Positions 55,113 through 64,000 of a DNA stretch of 64,000 nt are shown piece after piece. The stretch is from Xanthobacteraceae bacterium (GTDB lineage: Bacteria; Pseudomonadota; Alphaproteobacteria; Rhizobiales; Xanthobacteraceae). How positions within the stretch are numbered: the stretch's first letter is position 1; the number at the start of each line of letters is the position of its first letter. The stretch spans positions 1,259-65,258 of the forward strand of contig DATGVJ010000374.1 of the NCBI GenBank assembly GCA_035300505.1, read 5' to 3'. Below the pieces are notes generated by a model. The model made no database searches, was not told where the DNA came from, and saw only the letters and a list, made by a program, of their open reading frames with translations. The position numbers and the translations under genes are program-made.

Positions 55113-57458
55113 TTGGGGCAACCCTGGGGGCGACCTTGGGGCGGGTTTGAGGAGGCGGTCAGCGAGAGGGGCCCAGTGCTCGACCTGTTTCAACAGCGCG
55201 AAAACGACACCGAATGGAAGGCGCGGCTGCGCCGCGTCTTGCTCGATCTTGATTCGCGCATCGACTTCGGCGTTTACCAGACCCGCACCTGGGGCCGCGA
55301 GCTTTACGAGCGCTTCACGGTGTTCATGGACCGGTTCCACGTCGCCGGCTGGCGGCGCTGGCTCCTCATTGAGCCATTTTCGGAAGGACTTACGCTCGGC
55401 ACCGGCGGCCTCGTCTTGATGCTGACGCTCGCAATTCCCGCATTCCGGGAAACATCCGATGACGACTGGCTCAAGAAATCCGAACTTGCCGTCAGCTTTC
55501 TCGACCGTTACGGCAACGAAATCGGTTCGCGCGGCATCCGCCACAACGATTCGATCCCGCTCGAACAGTTGCCTGACCACTTGGTCAAGGCGACCCTCGC
55601 CACGGAAGATCGCCGCTTCTACGAGCATTTCGGTATCGACATTCCGGGGACGTTTCGCGCCGTCTTGACCAACGCCCGCGCCGGCGGCGTGGTGCAGGGC
55701 GGCTCCTCCATCTCACAGCAGTTGGCCAAGAACCTGTTCCTTTCGAACGAGCGCACCATCGAACGCAAGGTCAAGGAAGCGTTCCTGGCGTCCTGGCTGG
55801 AGTTCCGGCTGCAGAAAAACGAGATTCTCAAACTTTACCTTGACCGCGCCTATATGGGCGGCGGCAACTATGGGGTCGACGCCGCCGCACACTTCTATTT
55901 CAACAAGTCGGCACGCGACGTCACGCTTTCGGAATCCGCCATGTTGGCGGGACTGTTCAAGGCGCCGTCCAAATTTGCCCCGCACGTCAATTTGCCGGCC
56001 GCCCGTGCCCGCGCCAACGTCGTGCTCGACAATCTGGTCGATGCCGGATTCATGACGGAAGGTCAGGTGTTCGGCGCGCGGCGCAATCCCGCAATATCGG
56101 TGGACCGGCGTGACGAACGTTCACCCAGTTATTATCTCGACTGGGCCTTCGACGAGATGAAAAAACTCGCCGAAAAGCTGCCGAACAATTCGCATGAACG
56201 CGTGTTCGTGGCCCGCTTGGCGATCGACGTCAGTCTGCAAAAGAACTCTGAAAAGGCGGTCGAGGATTCCCTGCGTCAATATGGCCGCGAATACAATGCC
56301 AAACAGGCGGCAGCAGTCCTGATGGAGACTGACGGTTCCGTGCGCGCCATGGTCGGTGGTCGCGACTATGCAACAAGCCAATTCAACCGCGCGACCGATG
56401 CGCTGCGGCAGCCGGGCTCTTCCTTCAAACCCTATGTCTACGCGACGGCGCTGGCGAGCGGGGGCTTCAAGCCGACAACAATCGTTGTCGACTCGCCGGT
56501 TTGCATCGGAAACTGGTGCCCGAAGAATTACTCGGGCGGCTTTTCGGGCTCGATGACGCTGACCCAGGCTCTGGTACGTTCGATCAACGTCATTCCTGTC
56601 AAACTGTCGATTGCGCTGGGCAACGGCAACCCGAAAGCCGGACGTGCCAAGATTAGAGATGTCGCCCGCAAGGCGGGCCTGCGTACGGCGCTTCCCGACA
56701 CTCCCTCTATGCCGATCGGCGCCAACGAAGTGACGGTGCTCGACCATACCGGCGGATACGGCATTTTCGTCAATGAAGGCATGTCGATCACACCCCATGC
56801 CATCCTTGAAGTGCGAAATGGCGCCGGCGACCTGATCTGGCGCTTCGACCGGGACGGCAAGAAGTCCGTCGAGGTCATCCCGCCCCAGGTTGCGCGCGAT
56901 CTCAACATGATGATGAACAAGGTCGTCGAGGAGGGCACCGGCAAGCGCGCCATCCTCGACATCACCAAGTCAGCCGGAAAAACCGGCACCACCAATGCCT
57001 ATCGCGACGCCTGGTTTGTCGGCTTCACGGGCAACTACATTGCGGGCGTTTGGTATGGCAACGACGACTATACGTCCACCAATCGCATGACCGGAGGATC
57101 CTTGCCGGCCGGAACTTGGCGCGACATCATGGCCTATGCCCACCAGGGCATTGAAATCAAAGCGATCCCTGGCGTGCCCAATCCTGCGCCAACCAATAAA
57201 GGTCAGAACGTCGCATCGGGCAAAGCCAATACTGACGCGCAGAGGCCGGCACTCCTGACACGCAAAGGTGCCGACATCCTTGTGCGCGTCGAAAGGCTCA
57301 TGGACGAGGCGACGCGCACATTGGTCTCGAACGACAAACCAGCCTTGAGGGCCGATGCGGCACCTGGCGCTGCGGCTAGCGCTGGGGAATCAATTCCGCA
57401 GCCGCTGGATGCCTTCGCGTCCGCGGCTGATCGACGGCCGCCAGGCCGCGGCAACTAG
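55113..57458 (+). CDS. class A penicillin-binding protein (GT51 transglycosylase + transpeptidase)
   Basis: GT51 motifs EDRRFYEHFGID and GGSSISQQLAKN. Transpeptidase motifs SSFKP, SIN and KTGTTN. Start is uncertain within 55102-55113. Confidence 0.9.
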   Translation: MGQPWGRPWGGFEEAVSERGPVLDLFQQRENDTEWKARLRRVLLDLDSRIDFGVYQTRTWGRELYERFTVFMDRFHVAGWRRWLLIEPFSEGLTLGTGGLVLMLTLAIPAFRETSDDDWLKKSELAVSFLDRYGNEIGSRGIRHNDSIPLEQLPDHLVKATLATEDRRFYEHFGIDIPGTFRAVLTNARAGGVVQGGSSISQQLAKNLFLSNERTIERKVKEAFLASWLEFRLQKNEILKLYLDRAYMGGGNYGVDAAAHFYFNKSARDVTLSESAMLAGLFKAPSKFAPHVNLPAARARANVVLDNLVDAGFMTEGQVFGARRNPAISVDRRDERSPSYYLDWAFDEMKKLAEKLPNNSHERVFVARLAIDVSLQKNSEKAVEDSLRQYGREYNAKQAAAVLMETDGSVRAMVGGRDYATSQFNRATDALRQPGSSFKPYVYATALASGGFKPTTIVVDSPVCIGNWCPKNYSGGFSGSMTLTQALVRSINVIPVKLSIALGNGNPKAGRAKIRDVARKAGLRTALPDTPSMPIGANEVTVLDHTGGYGIFVNEGMSITPHAILEVRNGAGDLIWRFDRDGKKSVEVIPPQVARDLNMMMNKVVEEGTGKRAILDITKSAGKTGTTNAYRDAWFVGFTGNYIAGVWYGNDDYTSTNRMTGGSLPAGTWRDIMAYAHQGIEIKAIPGVPNPAPTNKGQNVASGKANTDAQRPALLTRKGADILVRVERLMDEATRTLVSNDKPALRADAAPGAAASAGESIPQPLDAFASAADRRPPGRGN

Positions 57459-57488
57459 ATCGCGTCCCGTGCTCACCAAATAGGTGAC

Positions 57489-57562
57489 GCGCTCTAGCTT
57501 ATTGAGTTGACGCGTTTTCTTCGGCGAACCGGAAGTCCACTTCGCCGGAAAATGCTATGTAG
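57489..57562. repeat. about 74-nt extragenic repeat, family C (copy 2)
   Basis: GCGCTCTAGCTTATTGAGTTGACGCGTTTTCTTCGGCGAACCGGAAGTCCACTTCGCCGGAAAATGCTATGTAG. Compare 6531-6604. Confidence 0.7.
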
Positions 57563-57588
57563 GTTGCTTCCATTCGATTGGGTCAAGC

Positions 57589-58167
57589 GTGCGGTTGCTC
57601 ATCGGATCATTGTTTACGTTAGCGGTGGCCGCAGCGATCGGCCTCGGCATCACGTGGGTGGCCGTGACACAAGGCGCAGCCTACGGCGGCATAACCCTTG
57701 GCGCCTGGTCTGCCTGGCCGCGCGTAGGCACCGCAAGCATAGATCCATATGCGCGCGCCATGATTGCCCGCAGCGGCGAACTCCCGGTCGGCTCCGGCGA
57801 TGGCGTAGCGTTCTATGCGCGCACAGACGACGCACGTCGCACGCTTGATGGTCGTTGCGACGTGGTGTTGAGCGGGACTACCCCACAGGCTCGTTATTGG
57901 ACGGTTACCCTATACGATCCTCAGGGGAGCCTCGTCGCCAATTCGGTGCAGCGCTACGGCTTCACCAGCCAGGAAATCATCCGGGACCAGGATGGTACAT
58001 TTGAACTCACCGTCGGTCCGCGCGCCCGGCCGGGCAACTGGCTGCCCACGGGCGCCATTGAACGTTACGTGCTGGTGCTACGACTTTATGACACGCCCAT
58101 CGGAGTAGCAACGCGCAGTGGGCGCGACGTTCCCATGCCTGCCATTGCTCAGAGGGGATGCCGGTGA
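57589..58167 (+). CDS. DUF1214-domain membrane-anchored protein
   Basis: DPYARAMIARSGELPVGSGDGVAFYARTDD..LDGRCDVVLSGTTPQARYWTVTLYDPQG..RARPGNWLPTG. Confidence 0.65.
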   Translation: MRLLIGSLFTLAVAAAIGLGITWVAVTQGAAYGGITLGAWSAWPRVGTASIDPYARAMIARSGELPVGSGDGVAFYARTDDARRTLDGRCDVVLSGTTPQARYWTVTLYDPQGSLVANSVQRYGFTSQEIIRDQDGTFELTVGPRARPGNWLPTGAIERYVLVLRLYDTPIGVATRSGRDVPMPAIAQRGCR

Positions 58168-58706
58168 TCCGCCTTCTGCTCTGGGTGCTCGGAGGCGCGC
58201 TGCTTGGTGGCGTCGTACATCTTGCGTCGGTGCTCGTCCTGCCACGACTGGCGACGCAAGACGCCTATTCCCGCCTGTCCTCGATCACGCGGACCAATAC
58301 GATTACGCCGCTGCCGGCTCCGACGCCCGAGAACGCCCTCATGCCGTTCATGGACCCGGCCTTTGCCACAGCGGTGTGCCGCTACGACCTCTCGTCCGGA
58401 CCGTTGAAGTTTTCCGTTCCGATCAGCCCTGCCTACACTTCCGTTTCATTCTACACGCGTTCGGAGGTCGCTTACTATGCCATCAACGATCGCTCAGCAG
58501 GCCGTCGCGTCATCGAACTCGAACTGATGACCCGTGAACAGCGAAACAACCTTCCGGGTGACGAGGAAATCACCGCCGCCGACCGGCTGATTGTCGAATC
58601 ACCAACCACCACCGGCCTTGTCCTGGTCAAAGCGCTGGCACCTGAATTCGGATTGCTCCCGACCGCCCGCAACGTTCTCACAACCGCCCGCTGCCAACAG
58701 CAGTAA
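58158..58706 (+). CDS. DUF1254-like membrane-anchored protein
   Basis: 10-nt overlap with the DUF1214 gene. IVHLASVLVLPRLATQDAYSRL..MPFMDPAFATAVCRYDLSSGPLKF..YTSVSFYTR..AYYAINDRSAGRRVIELELMT. Confidence 0.55.
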   Translation: MPVIRLLLWVLGGALLGGVVHLASVLVLPRLATQDAYSRLSSITRTNTITPLPAPTPENALMPFMDPAFATAVCRYDLSSGPLKFSVPISPAYTSVSFYTRSEVAYYAINDRSAGRRVIELELMTREQRNNLPGDEEITAADRLIVESPTTTGLVLVKALAPEFGLLPTARNVLTTARCQQQ

Positions 58707-59072
58707 CGGTACAATTCGATCAGGTGCGGGAGGCGCGCCGCCGGCGCCGGGTGCGGCCAGGTCGCGGGATCGGCGGAAAATCAGAATATCGCTCAATGCG
58801 AATGACCGGCAGAATGATCACGGTGGCCGACCGCGACTTGTCGATTTTCGATTTTTCGCTCGCGCTGCGCGCCGGTGTCGGAAGCCTGATGATCGTTCCC
58901 AAATCTCTCTCCCACGCACCCGGATCGACCCATCACGATCAAAGTCCGGTGGCGCGATATAAGAGCAGCCAAGGTTAACGCTCCGCTAACACCATCGATC
59001 TAATGTGGTGCGAAGTGACAATAAATGTGATGCGAAGTGAAAATAAATTGTAATGATGGACGCAAACCTTCC

Positions 59073-60488
59073 ATGCTGAAGTGGGCCAACATCACGGGTC
59101 TTGAAGGCCTGTTCAATCTTAACCAACAGGGCATCGACATTCGACCGACCTTGTTGCGCGTGATCACCGACCAATATCTGCAAACGTCGGTCCACACGAC
59201 GGACGAAGAACGCCAGTTCACCGAACTCGCGATGCGGCTGCTGGATGAGACCGAGATCGCGACGCGCGCCGCCGTTGCCAAACGATTGGCGCCGCATGCT
59301 TATGCGCCGCGCCCGATCATCCTGCAGCTTGCGCGAGACGTTCTCGAAGTCGCGGAACCAGTCCTGCTTCAGTCGCCATGCTTGACGCCGCAGGACTTGA
59401 GGTCAATTGCCGCCGAACGCGGCGCATCATGTGCACAAATCGTTGCACGGCGGCTCAAACCAGAAACATCCCAATCCATCGGCCAGCCGCTCATGCTCGC
59501 GCAGGTCACACAGCCACATGCCGCGCAGCCACATGCCGCACAGCCACACGTCGCACAGCCACATGCCGCCACCAACGTGACGAAGCCTCCGCACGTTGAC
59601 ACGACGTCCGCGCCCTTGGTAGCCATGGAAACGGCGCCGGCCGAGCCCGCTCTTGCGCCGCCGGCGGGCGCCGCGCTGCTACAAGCGGAACCACTATGTG
59701 CAAAGGCGGCGGCGGTGACCCAACAGCCCAGCGTCCCAACGGAGAGCGTAGAGTTGTTGTCTGCACAGGCGACGCGCAACACGCCCGATGTGATTGTGAC
59801 ATCGAGCGCGGTTGACTTGGACGATGACTTGGGCGGTGACTTGGGCGAACCGTCCGTCCCCGCGGGCTGCACAGCCGCTTCAGGCTGCACAGCCGCTTCA
59901 GGCTGCACAGCTTCGGAACTAAGCGACCAGTTCTTCGCAGCCGACGCGGAAGAGCGCAGGCTGATCCTGATCGTACTCGACTATTCATCCTGCGGGCCCG
60001 CAAACCCGCCGTCGGCATTGCGACCGGCCGACGTCTGGCAACTGGAGGCAGCCGCGCTTCAACGAAACTTGGAATCGGTCGCAAGCGATTTCGAACGAAC
60101 GCTCGGCATCTCGCAGCAAATGGCCCACCGCATGATCGCCGACGGACAGGGTGAGCCGATTGTCATTGCGGCCAAGGCTTTGGAGATACCGGCAAGTGTG
60201 CTCCAGCGCATGCTGTTGTTCATGAACCCGATTGTGGGCCAATCGATCGAGCGCTTGTACAAGCTTACAGCCCTGTACGATGAAATGACCTTGGAGGCGG
60301 CACGGCGCATGATTGACATCTGGCAGGATGCTGAGCCGGCCCAGCTCAGAAAACCGATACATGCCGCGCAATGGCAAAGCACCGTCAGTCGCGCCAGACA
60401 GGCACTTGCGGACATCTCGCACCGCACATCCGCAAAAACGGTTCCCGACGCAAATCGTCGCCGCGTTACCGGCACCGATGCGAGGTAG
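59073..60488 (+). CDS. DUF2336-domain protein with low-complexity insert
   Basis: GIDIRPTLLRVITDQYLQTSVHTTDEERQFTELAMRLLDETEIATRAAVAKRLA is typical of the DUF2336 N-terminus. ATG 59073 is preferred over the GTG at 59037, which lies in AT-rich DNA. Confidence 0.65.
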   Translation: MLKWANITGLEGLFNLNQQGIDIRPTLLRVITDQYLQTSVHTTDEERQFTELAMRLLDETEIATRAAVAKRLAPHAYAPRPIILQLARDVLEVAEPVLLQSPCLTPQDLRSIAAERGASCAQIVARRLKPETSQSIGQPLMLAQVTQPHAAQPHAAQPHVAQPHAATNVTKPPHVDTTSAPLVAMETAPAEPALAPPAGAALLQAEPLCAKAAAVTQQPSVPTESVELLSAQATRNTPDVIVTSSAVDLDDDLGGDLGEPSVPAGCTAASGCTAASGCTASELSDQFFAADAEERRLILIVLDYSSCGPANPPSALRPADVWQLEAAALQRNLESVASDFERTLGISQQMAHRMIADGQGEPIVIAAKALEIPASVLQRMLLFMNPIVGQSIERLYKLTALYDEMTLEAARRMIDIWQDAEPAQLRKPIHAAQWQSTVSRARQALADISHRTSAKTVPDANRRRVTGTDAR

Positions 60489-60836
60489 TCAGGTCACGAC
60501 ATTATCCAAAAAATGTCGTCCGGCGCGATCCTCGATCTCGATGATCCACACGTCGGTATCAAAGCGAACCTCGCGTGCGAGGCGTTCTTCAATTTTCTCC
60601 TCCGGGACCGTCCTATCCCTGAAACAATACGTGAAGGCGCGATCCGCCGGACGCGTTTCATCAAACGCTGACTGTGGGGCGGGTCCGAACAATTCGCCGG
60701 TCCCATTGAGAAGATTGAGCTTGATGAAAATCGCGCCGGCATCCTCGGCGCCGCGCCGCCGCACCGCCGCAAATGCACCTTCGATGTAACAGCGGCGGAT
60801 ATAGGCAGCCACCCAAATCGAAGACTTGAGGCGCAT
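60489..60836 (-). CDS. DUF1491-family protein
   Basis: MRLKSSIWVAAYIRRCYIEGAFAAVRRRGAEDAGAIFIKLN.. The track's 230-aa version is an upstream extension into the neighbouring gene. Confidence 0.65.
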   Translation of the reverse strand: MRLKSSIWVAAYIRRCYIEGAFAAVRRRGAEDAGAIFIKLNLLNGTGELFGPAPQSAFDETRPADRAFTYCFRDRTVPEEKIEERLAREVRFDTDVWIIEIEDRAGRHFLDNVVT

Positions 60837-60843
60837 CTCCAAC

Positions 60844-61728
60844 CTATTCCAGCGGACGGCCAACGATCGCCGAGAGCTCGCGTACCACGCGGTCGGAGGG
60901 CTGGCCGGTGACGGGCAGCTTGCGCTCGCGCTCGAATCTCTCGATGGCGATCTGGGTATCGGCATCGACCACACCGGTGGGCTTGATCTGGCCATAGCCG
61001 TAATCCGACAAAACCCTTTGCACGGTAAGGACGCGCTTCGAAGGGGCCAAAGCCGTCGCAATCGCATCATTGCGAGCCGGCTGCGGCGCAGGCCGTGGGG
61101 GCACAACGCCAGTCGAGACGATGGTGGCAGGGCGCGAGGGCTTCGTCGATGATCGTCTGATGCTTTGGAGCAAAATCTCACTTGGCTCCGCGCTCGGCTT
61201 CATTCCTGCGGTCTGCTCAAAATCGCGTATGGCCGCGATGGTCCGCGGGCCGTACCGACCGTCAATGACGCCCTCATAGTAACCTCGCCGGGCAAGTTCG
61301 CGCTGAATGTCGGCCACGATTTCGGCGCCAAGACGCGCAGGCGGAACCGGTTCGGCCTTTTGGGTTGGCGCGTTGGGTGGCCGCGCAGACGGAACGCTCG
61401 CAACCGGTGTCTCTTTGGCTGCAGGTGGACTGGTTGCAGATGGATTGGCAGCAGATGGCTTCGCAGCAGGCGGATTGGCGGGGGCCACGTTGGTAGAAGG
61501 CGGAACGCTCGCGGCGAGCTCGCTGCGAAACAATGGCGCTGGGTGCTGCCCCGTCTGCATGAACAGGACATTGGTCAGGATTGTACCGCCCAAAATGATT
61601 GCAACACAGCTCCCGACGGCATCGCGAAAATTCCATCCCATCGCGGCAAGCACCCGCCATCGCGATGTGGCGAGATCGCTGTCAACCGGGCTTGCGGCAC
61701 CCCTGCCGGGACGTACAGTACTAGGCAC
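60844..61728 (-). CDS. peptidoglycan-binding (PG_binding_1 x2) membrane-anchored protein
   Basis: Two copies of the motif: IQRELARRGYYEGVIDGRYGPRTIAAIRDFE and VQRVLSDYGYGQIKPTGVVDADTQIAIERFE. One TM helix and a Pro/Ala-rich linker. Confidence 0.75.
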   Translation of the reverse strand: MPSTVRPGRGAASPVDSDLATSRWRVLAAMGWNFRDAVGSCVAIILGGTILTNVLFMQTGQHPAPLFRSELAASVPPSTNVAPANPPAAKPSAANPSATSPPAAKETPVASVPSARPPNAPTQKAEPVPPARLGAEIVADIQRELARRGYYEGVIDGRYGPRTIAAIRDFEQTAGMKPSAEPSEILLQSIRRSSTKPSRPATIVSTGVVPPRPAPQPARNDAIATALAPSKRVLTVQRVLSDYGYGQIKPTGVVDADTQIAIERFERERKLPVTGQPSDRVVRELSAIVGRPLE

Positions 61729-63055
61729 TGAGCTTCACCCGATTTTCCGAGTTCACGCTGGACGGTCGAACGATCGTGGAAATCGCCGGTAACGGCGACG
61801 GCGGGCACATGGCCTGTCCCTTGGCCTGTCCCTCATTCCTGCGCGAGCTTTCACAATCGATCGGCAAATGGACCGTAACCCGCGTTCCCTTGCCGATGCG
61901 GCTATCGATGTGCATCGTGCCCCCGTGCAACGTGAGCAACCCTTTCACAATCGAGAGGCCAAGCCCGGCACCGTCCTGGTGGCGATTGCAGGTCGAGCGA
62001 GCCTGGAAGTAAGGATCTCCGATACGCGGCAGATCCTCAGCCCCGATACCAACTCCGGTGTCCTCCACAGTCACGACAAAACACTCTCCGTCGACCTTGG
62101 CTCCAACCGATATCGTCCCACCAGGGAGTGTAAATTTTATGGCGTTGGATATCAGATTGATCAGGATTTGATTGAACGAACATTTGTCAGCCACAATGTC
62201 CGGCAGGCCATGCGGCATGCACCTGACAAGGTCGAGGTTTGCGTCACGCGCCTTCAACGTCAGGAGATCGCAGCAGTCCTCAATAACTTGTCCAGGTGCG
62301 AATGGTTCTGGAGCGATCTCAAAGCTTTCATTCTCAATCTTTGACATGTCGAGAATGCCATTGACCACGGCAAGCAGGTGGCGGCCGGTTTCGTTGATGA
62401 GCTTCGCATATTCACATTGCCGCCCAGCATCGATCATCAACGCATCTTTTTTCGTCAGCATCTCCGAAAATCCGATGATGGCATTGAGCGGCGTACGCAA
62501 TTCGTGGCTCATGGTTGCCAGAAACCGGCTCTTGGCGGCATTGACCCGGTCGAGCTCGCCGTGAGCCTCTGCCAGTTCGCAATCGCGTGCCTTGCGTTCG
62601 GTAATCTCCCGCATGACCGCAACGACCTGCCGGTCGCCGGCGTCATGACCCGGATCGAAATCCTGATCGAGCAGGCTGCAACGCATCTCGATCCAGATGA
62701 ATTCCATCGCGGAATCGCCGGCAGGTTGATCCCGCCGAACGCGAAACTCGACCGAGCGGCTTTTTCCGGACATTGCGCAATCAGAGAGGGCGGAAAGGAA
62801 GGCCGGACGATCCCCCAAATGGACCCGATCGTAAAGGCCGCGCCCCATCAAGTCGTGAATCTTGGCACCAAACATCGATTCCGCGACTGGCGACACGAAC
62901 AGAACGAGACCGTTCCGGCCATGGCACGTGACGACGTCCGCCATGCAATTCGTCAGCACGCGATAAGGGTCAGGCGTGACCATGCCAGGCCAAATGCCAG
63001 GTTGAGCCTGCCGTCCTGTCCGCTTGGCTGAATAGTGTCGAACGCTATCGAGCAC
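61721..63055 (-). CDS. PAS-domain sensor histidine kinase (cytoplasmic)
   Basis: PAS-like N-terminus, H-box FLATMSHELRTPLNAIIGFSEML, N-box NLISNAIKFT, and DTGVGI / GAGLGLSIV. Confidence 0.85.
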   Translation of the reverse strand: MLDSVRHYSAKRTGRQAQPGIWPGMVTPDPYRVLTNCMADVVTCHGRNGLVLFVSPVAESMFGAKIHDLMGRGLYDRVHLGDRPAFLSALSDCAMSGKSRSVEFRVRRDQPAGDSAMEFIWIEMRCSLLDQDFDPGHDAGDRQVVAVMREITERKARDCELAEAHGELDRVNAAKSRFLATMSHELRTPLNAIIGFSEMLTKKDALMIDAGRQCEYAKLINETGRHLLAVVNGILDMSKIENESFEIAPEPFAPGQVIEDCCDLLTLKARDANLDLVRCMPHGLPDIVADKCSFNQILINLISNAIKFTLPGGTISVGAKVDGECFVVTVEDTGVGIGAEDLPRIGDPYFQARSTCNRHQDGAGLGLSIVKGLLTLHGGTMHIDSRIGKGTRVTVHLPIDCESSRRNEGQAKGQAMCPPSPLPAISTIVRPSSVNSENRVKLSA

Positions 63056-63494
63056 GGTCCTTGTGCGCCATTGATTGCCGGACGCACTCCCCCTGTTTTC
63101 GAGATAGATCGTGTCAAATGCGACTTAAATGAAAACTAAGGCCGATCATCGATTGAGGCTCCTCACCGGTTTTGAGGGGCCTGATCGACGGTATTCGTGC
63201 CGAATGGTGAATGGTCGGTTGCCAACAGCCGCCTGGACCAGGACGATTGGCACGTAATGGCCGCAAATGAGGGTTGAAAGCCCACCCGCAACAAATACGG
63301 CGGTATCGCATTCCGGACCCGCAACGCACCTTCGTTACAATTCGCGAATTCGTTCAAATTTTCTGAAAATTCGCCGACAATTTAACTTAAAACTAGCGAA
63401 AATCAGCACGCCGCCCCGAACCCGGTGTTCAAAGCCCCCTGCTAGGTTCATTATGCAGGGTAACTCCTCAAGGGGCTTGTCACGGGGAAGCGGC

Positions 63495-63863
63495 ATGTGG
63501 TTCCTTTTGAAGTCGGCGTTCTGGCTAGGGCTTGTCCTAGTCTTGTTGCCAATCGGTGGTACACAACCCGCACCCAAGGTGCAGGTCAGCGCGTTCGATG
63601 CGATGTCCGCGGCCAAAGCCGCGGTCTCCGACATGAACAAATTTTGCGAACGGCAGCCCGATGCCTGTGTGATCGGGGGCCAGACGGCCGTTGCGCTTGG
63701 TCAGCGCGCGCAAGTAGGCGCCAAGATGCTCTACGAGTTCCTCAATGAACAGCTTGGCCCGAGCGAAGCCAGCGTGACGTCGACAATTCCAATGCCACCA
63801 GCAAAGGCGTCACATCACACCTTGACGCCGGCGGATCTGGCTCCGGCCTGGCGCAAACCATAA
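63495..63863 (+). CDS. DUF5330-like small membrane-anchored protein
   Basis: MWFLLKSAFWLGLVLVLLP..FDAMSAAKAAVSDMNKFCERQPDACVIGGQ. The track's 63267 start is an unlikely extension. Confidence 0.55.
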   Translation: MWFLLKSAFWLGLVLVLLPIGGTQPAPKVQVSAFDAMSAAKAAVSDMNKFCERQPDACVIGGQTAVALGQRAQVGAKMLYEFLNEQLGPSEASVTSTIPMPPAKASHHTLTPADLAPAWRKP

Positions 63864-64000
63864 CGCAACTGTCCAAGCCGTAGCCCGCGAATATCCCAGT
63901 TCCTCGGACATTCTGCTCTGTCGTTTACGGCCCCGGTCGATTTTTCAAGATCAACCCCCTATATGGTAAGAGCGCGTACGGTCATGCCGCACTCCATGCG

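Overview
High-GC alphaproteobacterial chromosomal segment. The cycHJKL(ccmIEFH)-degP synteny and the extragenic repeat families suggest a Bradyrhizobiaceae/Xanthobacteraceae-like organism. All calls come from reading the supplied ORF translations and the DNA by eye. No searches were run, so family names, and DUF numbers in particular, are recollections of family-typical motifs. Most long ORFs lying antisense to recognisable genes are high-GC shadow ORFs and were ignored.

Layout:
- 1-874: secreted formamidase-family gene, partial.
- 1.3-13.2 kb: one minus-strand string, ccmI, ccmE, ccmF, ccmH, degP, OmpR-type response regulator, histidine kinase, glnE.
- 13.4-19.2 kb: glycine-zipper lipoprotein, FeuPQ-like two-component system, S1 protease, an unlisted 54-aa Flp pilin gene, and a membrane protein.
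- 19.3-25.4 kb: six translationally coupled genes, DUF4129-like, DUF4350-like, MoxR, DUF58, SpoIIM-like and RDD.
- 25.7-27.2 kb: dihaem cytochrome c, followed by a dead 3' fragment of a haem-propeller gene.
- 27.4-30.0 kb: GT87-like membrane protein and a patch of gene relics.
- 30.9-34.4 kb: 1148-aa Sel1-repeat protein with two alpha/beta-hydrolase-like modules.
- 34.4-36.8 kb: SMP-30-like protein and a TAXI-like binding protein.
- 37.6-44.5 kb: three tandem units, each a decayed cytochrome c leader plus an intact 617-619-aa signal peptide / CarboxypepD_reg-like / CxxCH / beta-propeller protein, each with its own terminator.
- 44.7-64 kb: housekeeping and accessory genes. These include an amidohydrolase, a SYLF protein, a frameshifted S8 peptidase, two exported GlcG/HbpS-like proteins, msrB, two DHA2 MFS transporters, a HigB2/HigA2-like TA pair, YcgN, a class A PBP, DUF1214/DUF1254, DUF2336, DUF1491, a peptidoglycan-binding protein, a PAS histidine kinase and DUF5330.

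No rRNA, tRNA, CRISPR array, transposase or integrase was seen.

The best candidate for an undescribed system is the triplicated haem-c/beta-propeller family, with its reciprocally decayed cytochrome c partner and a conserved promoter-like box.
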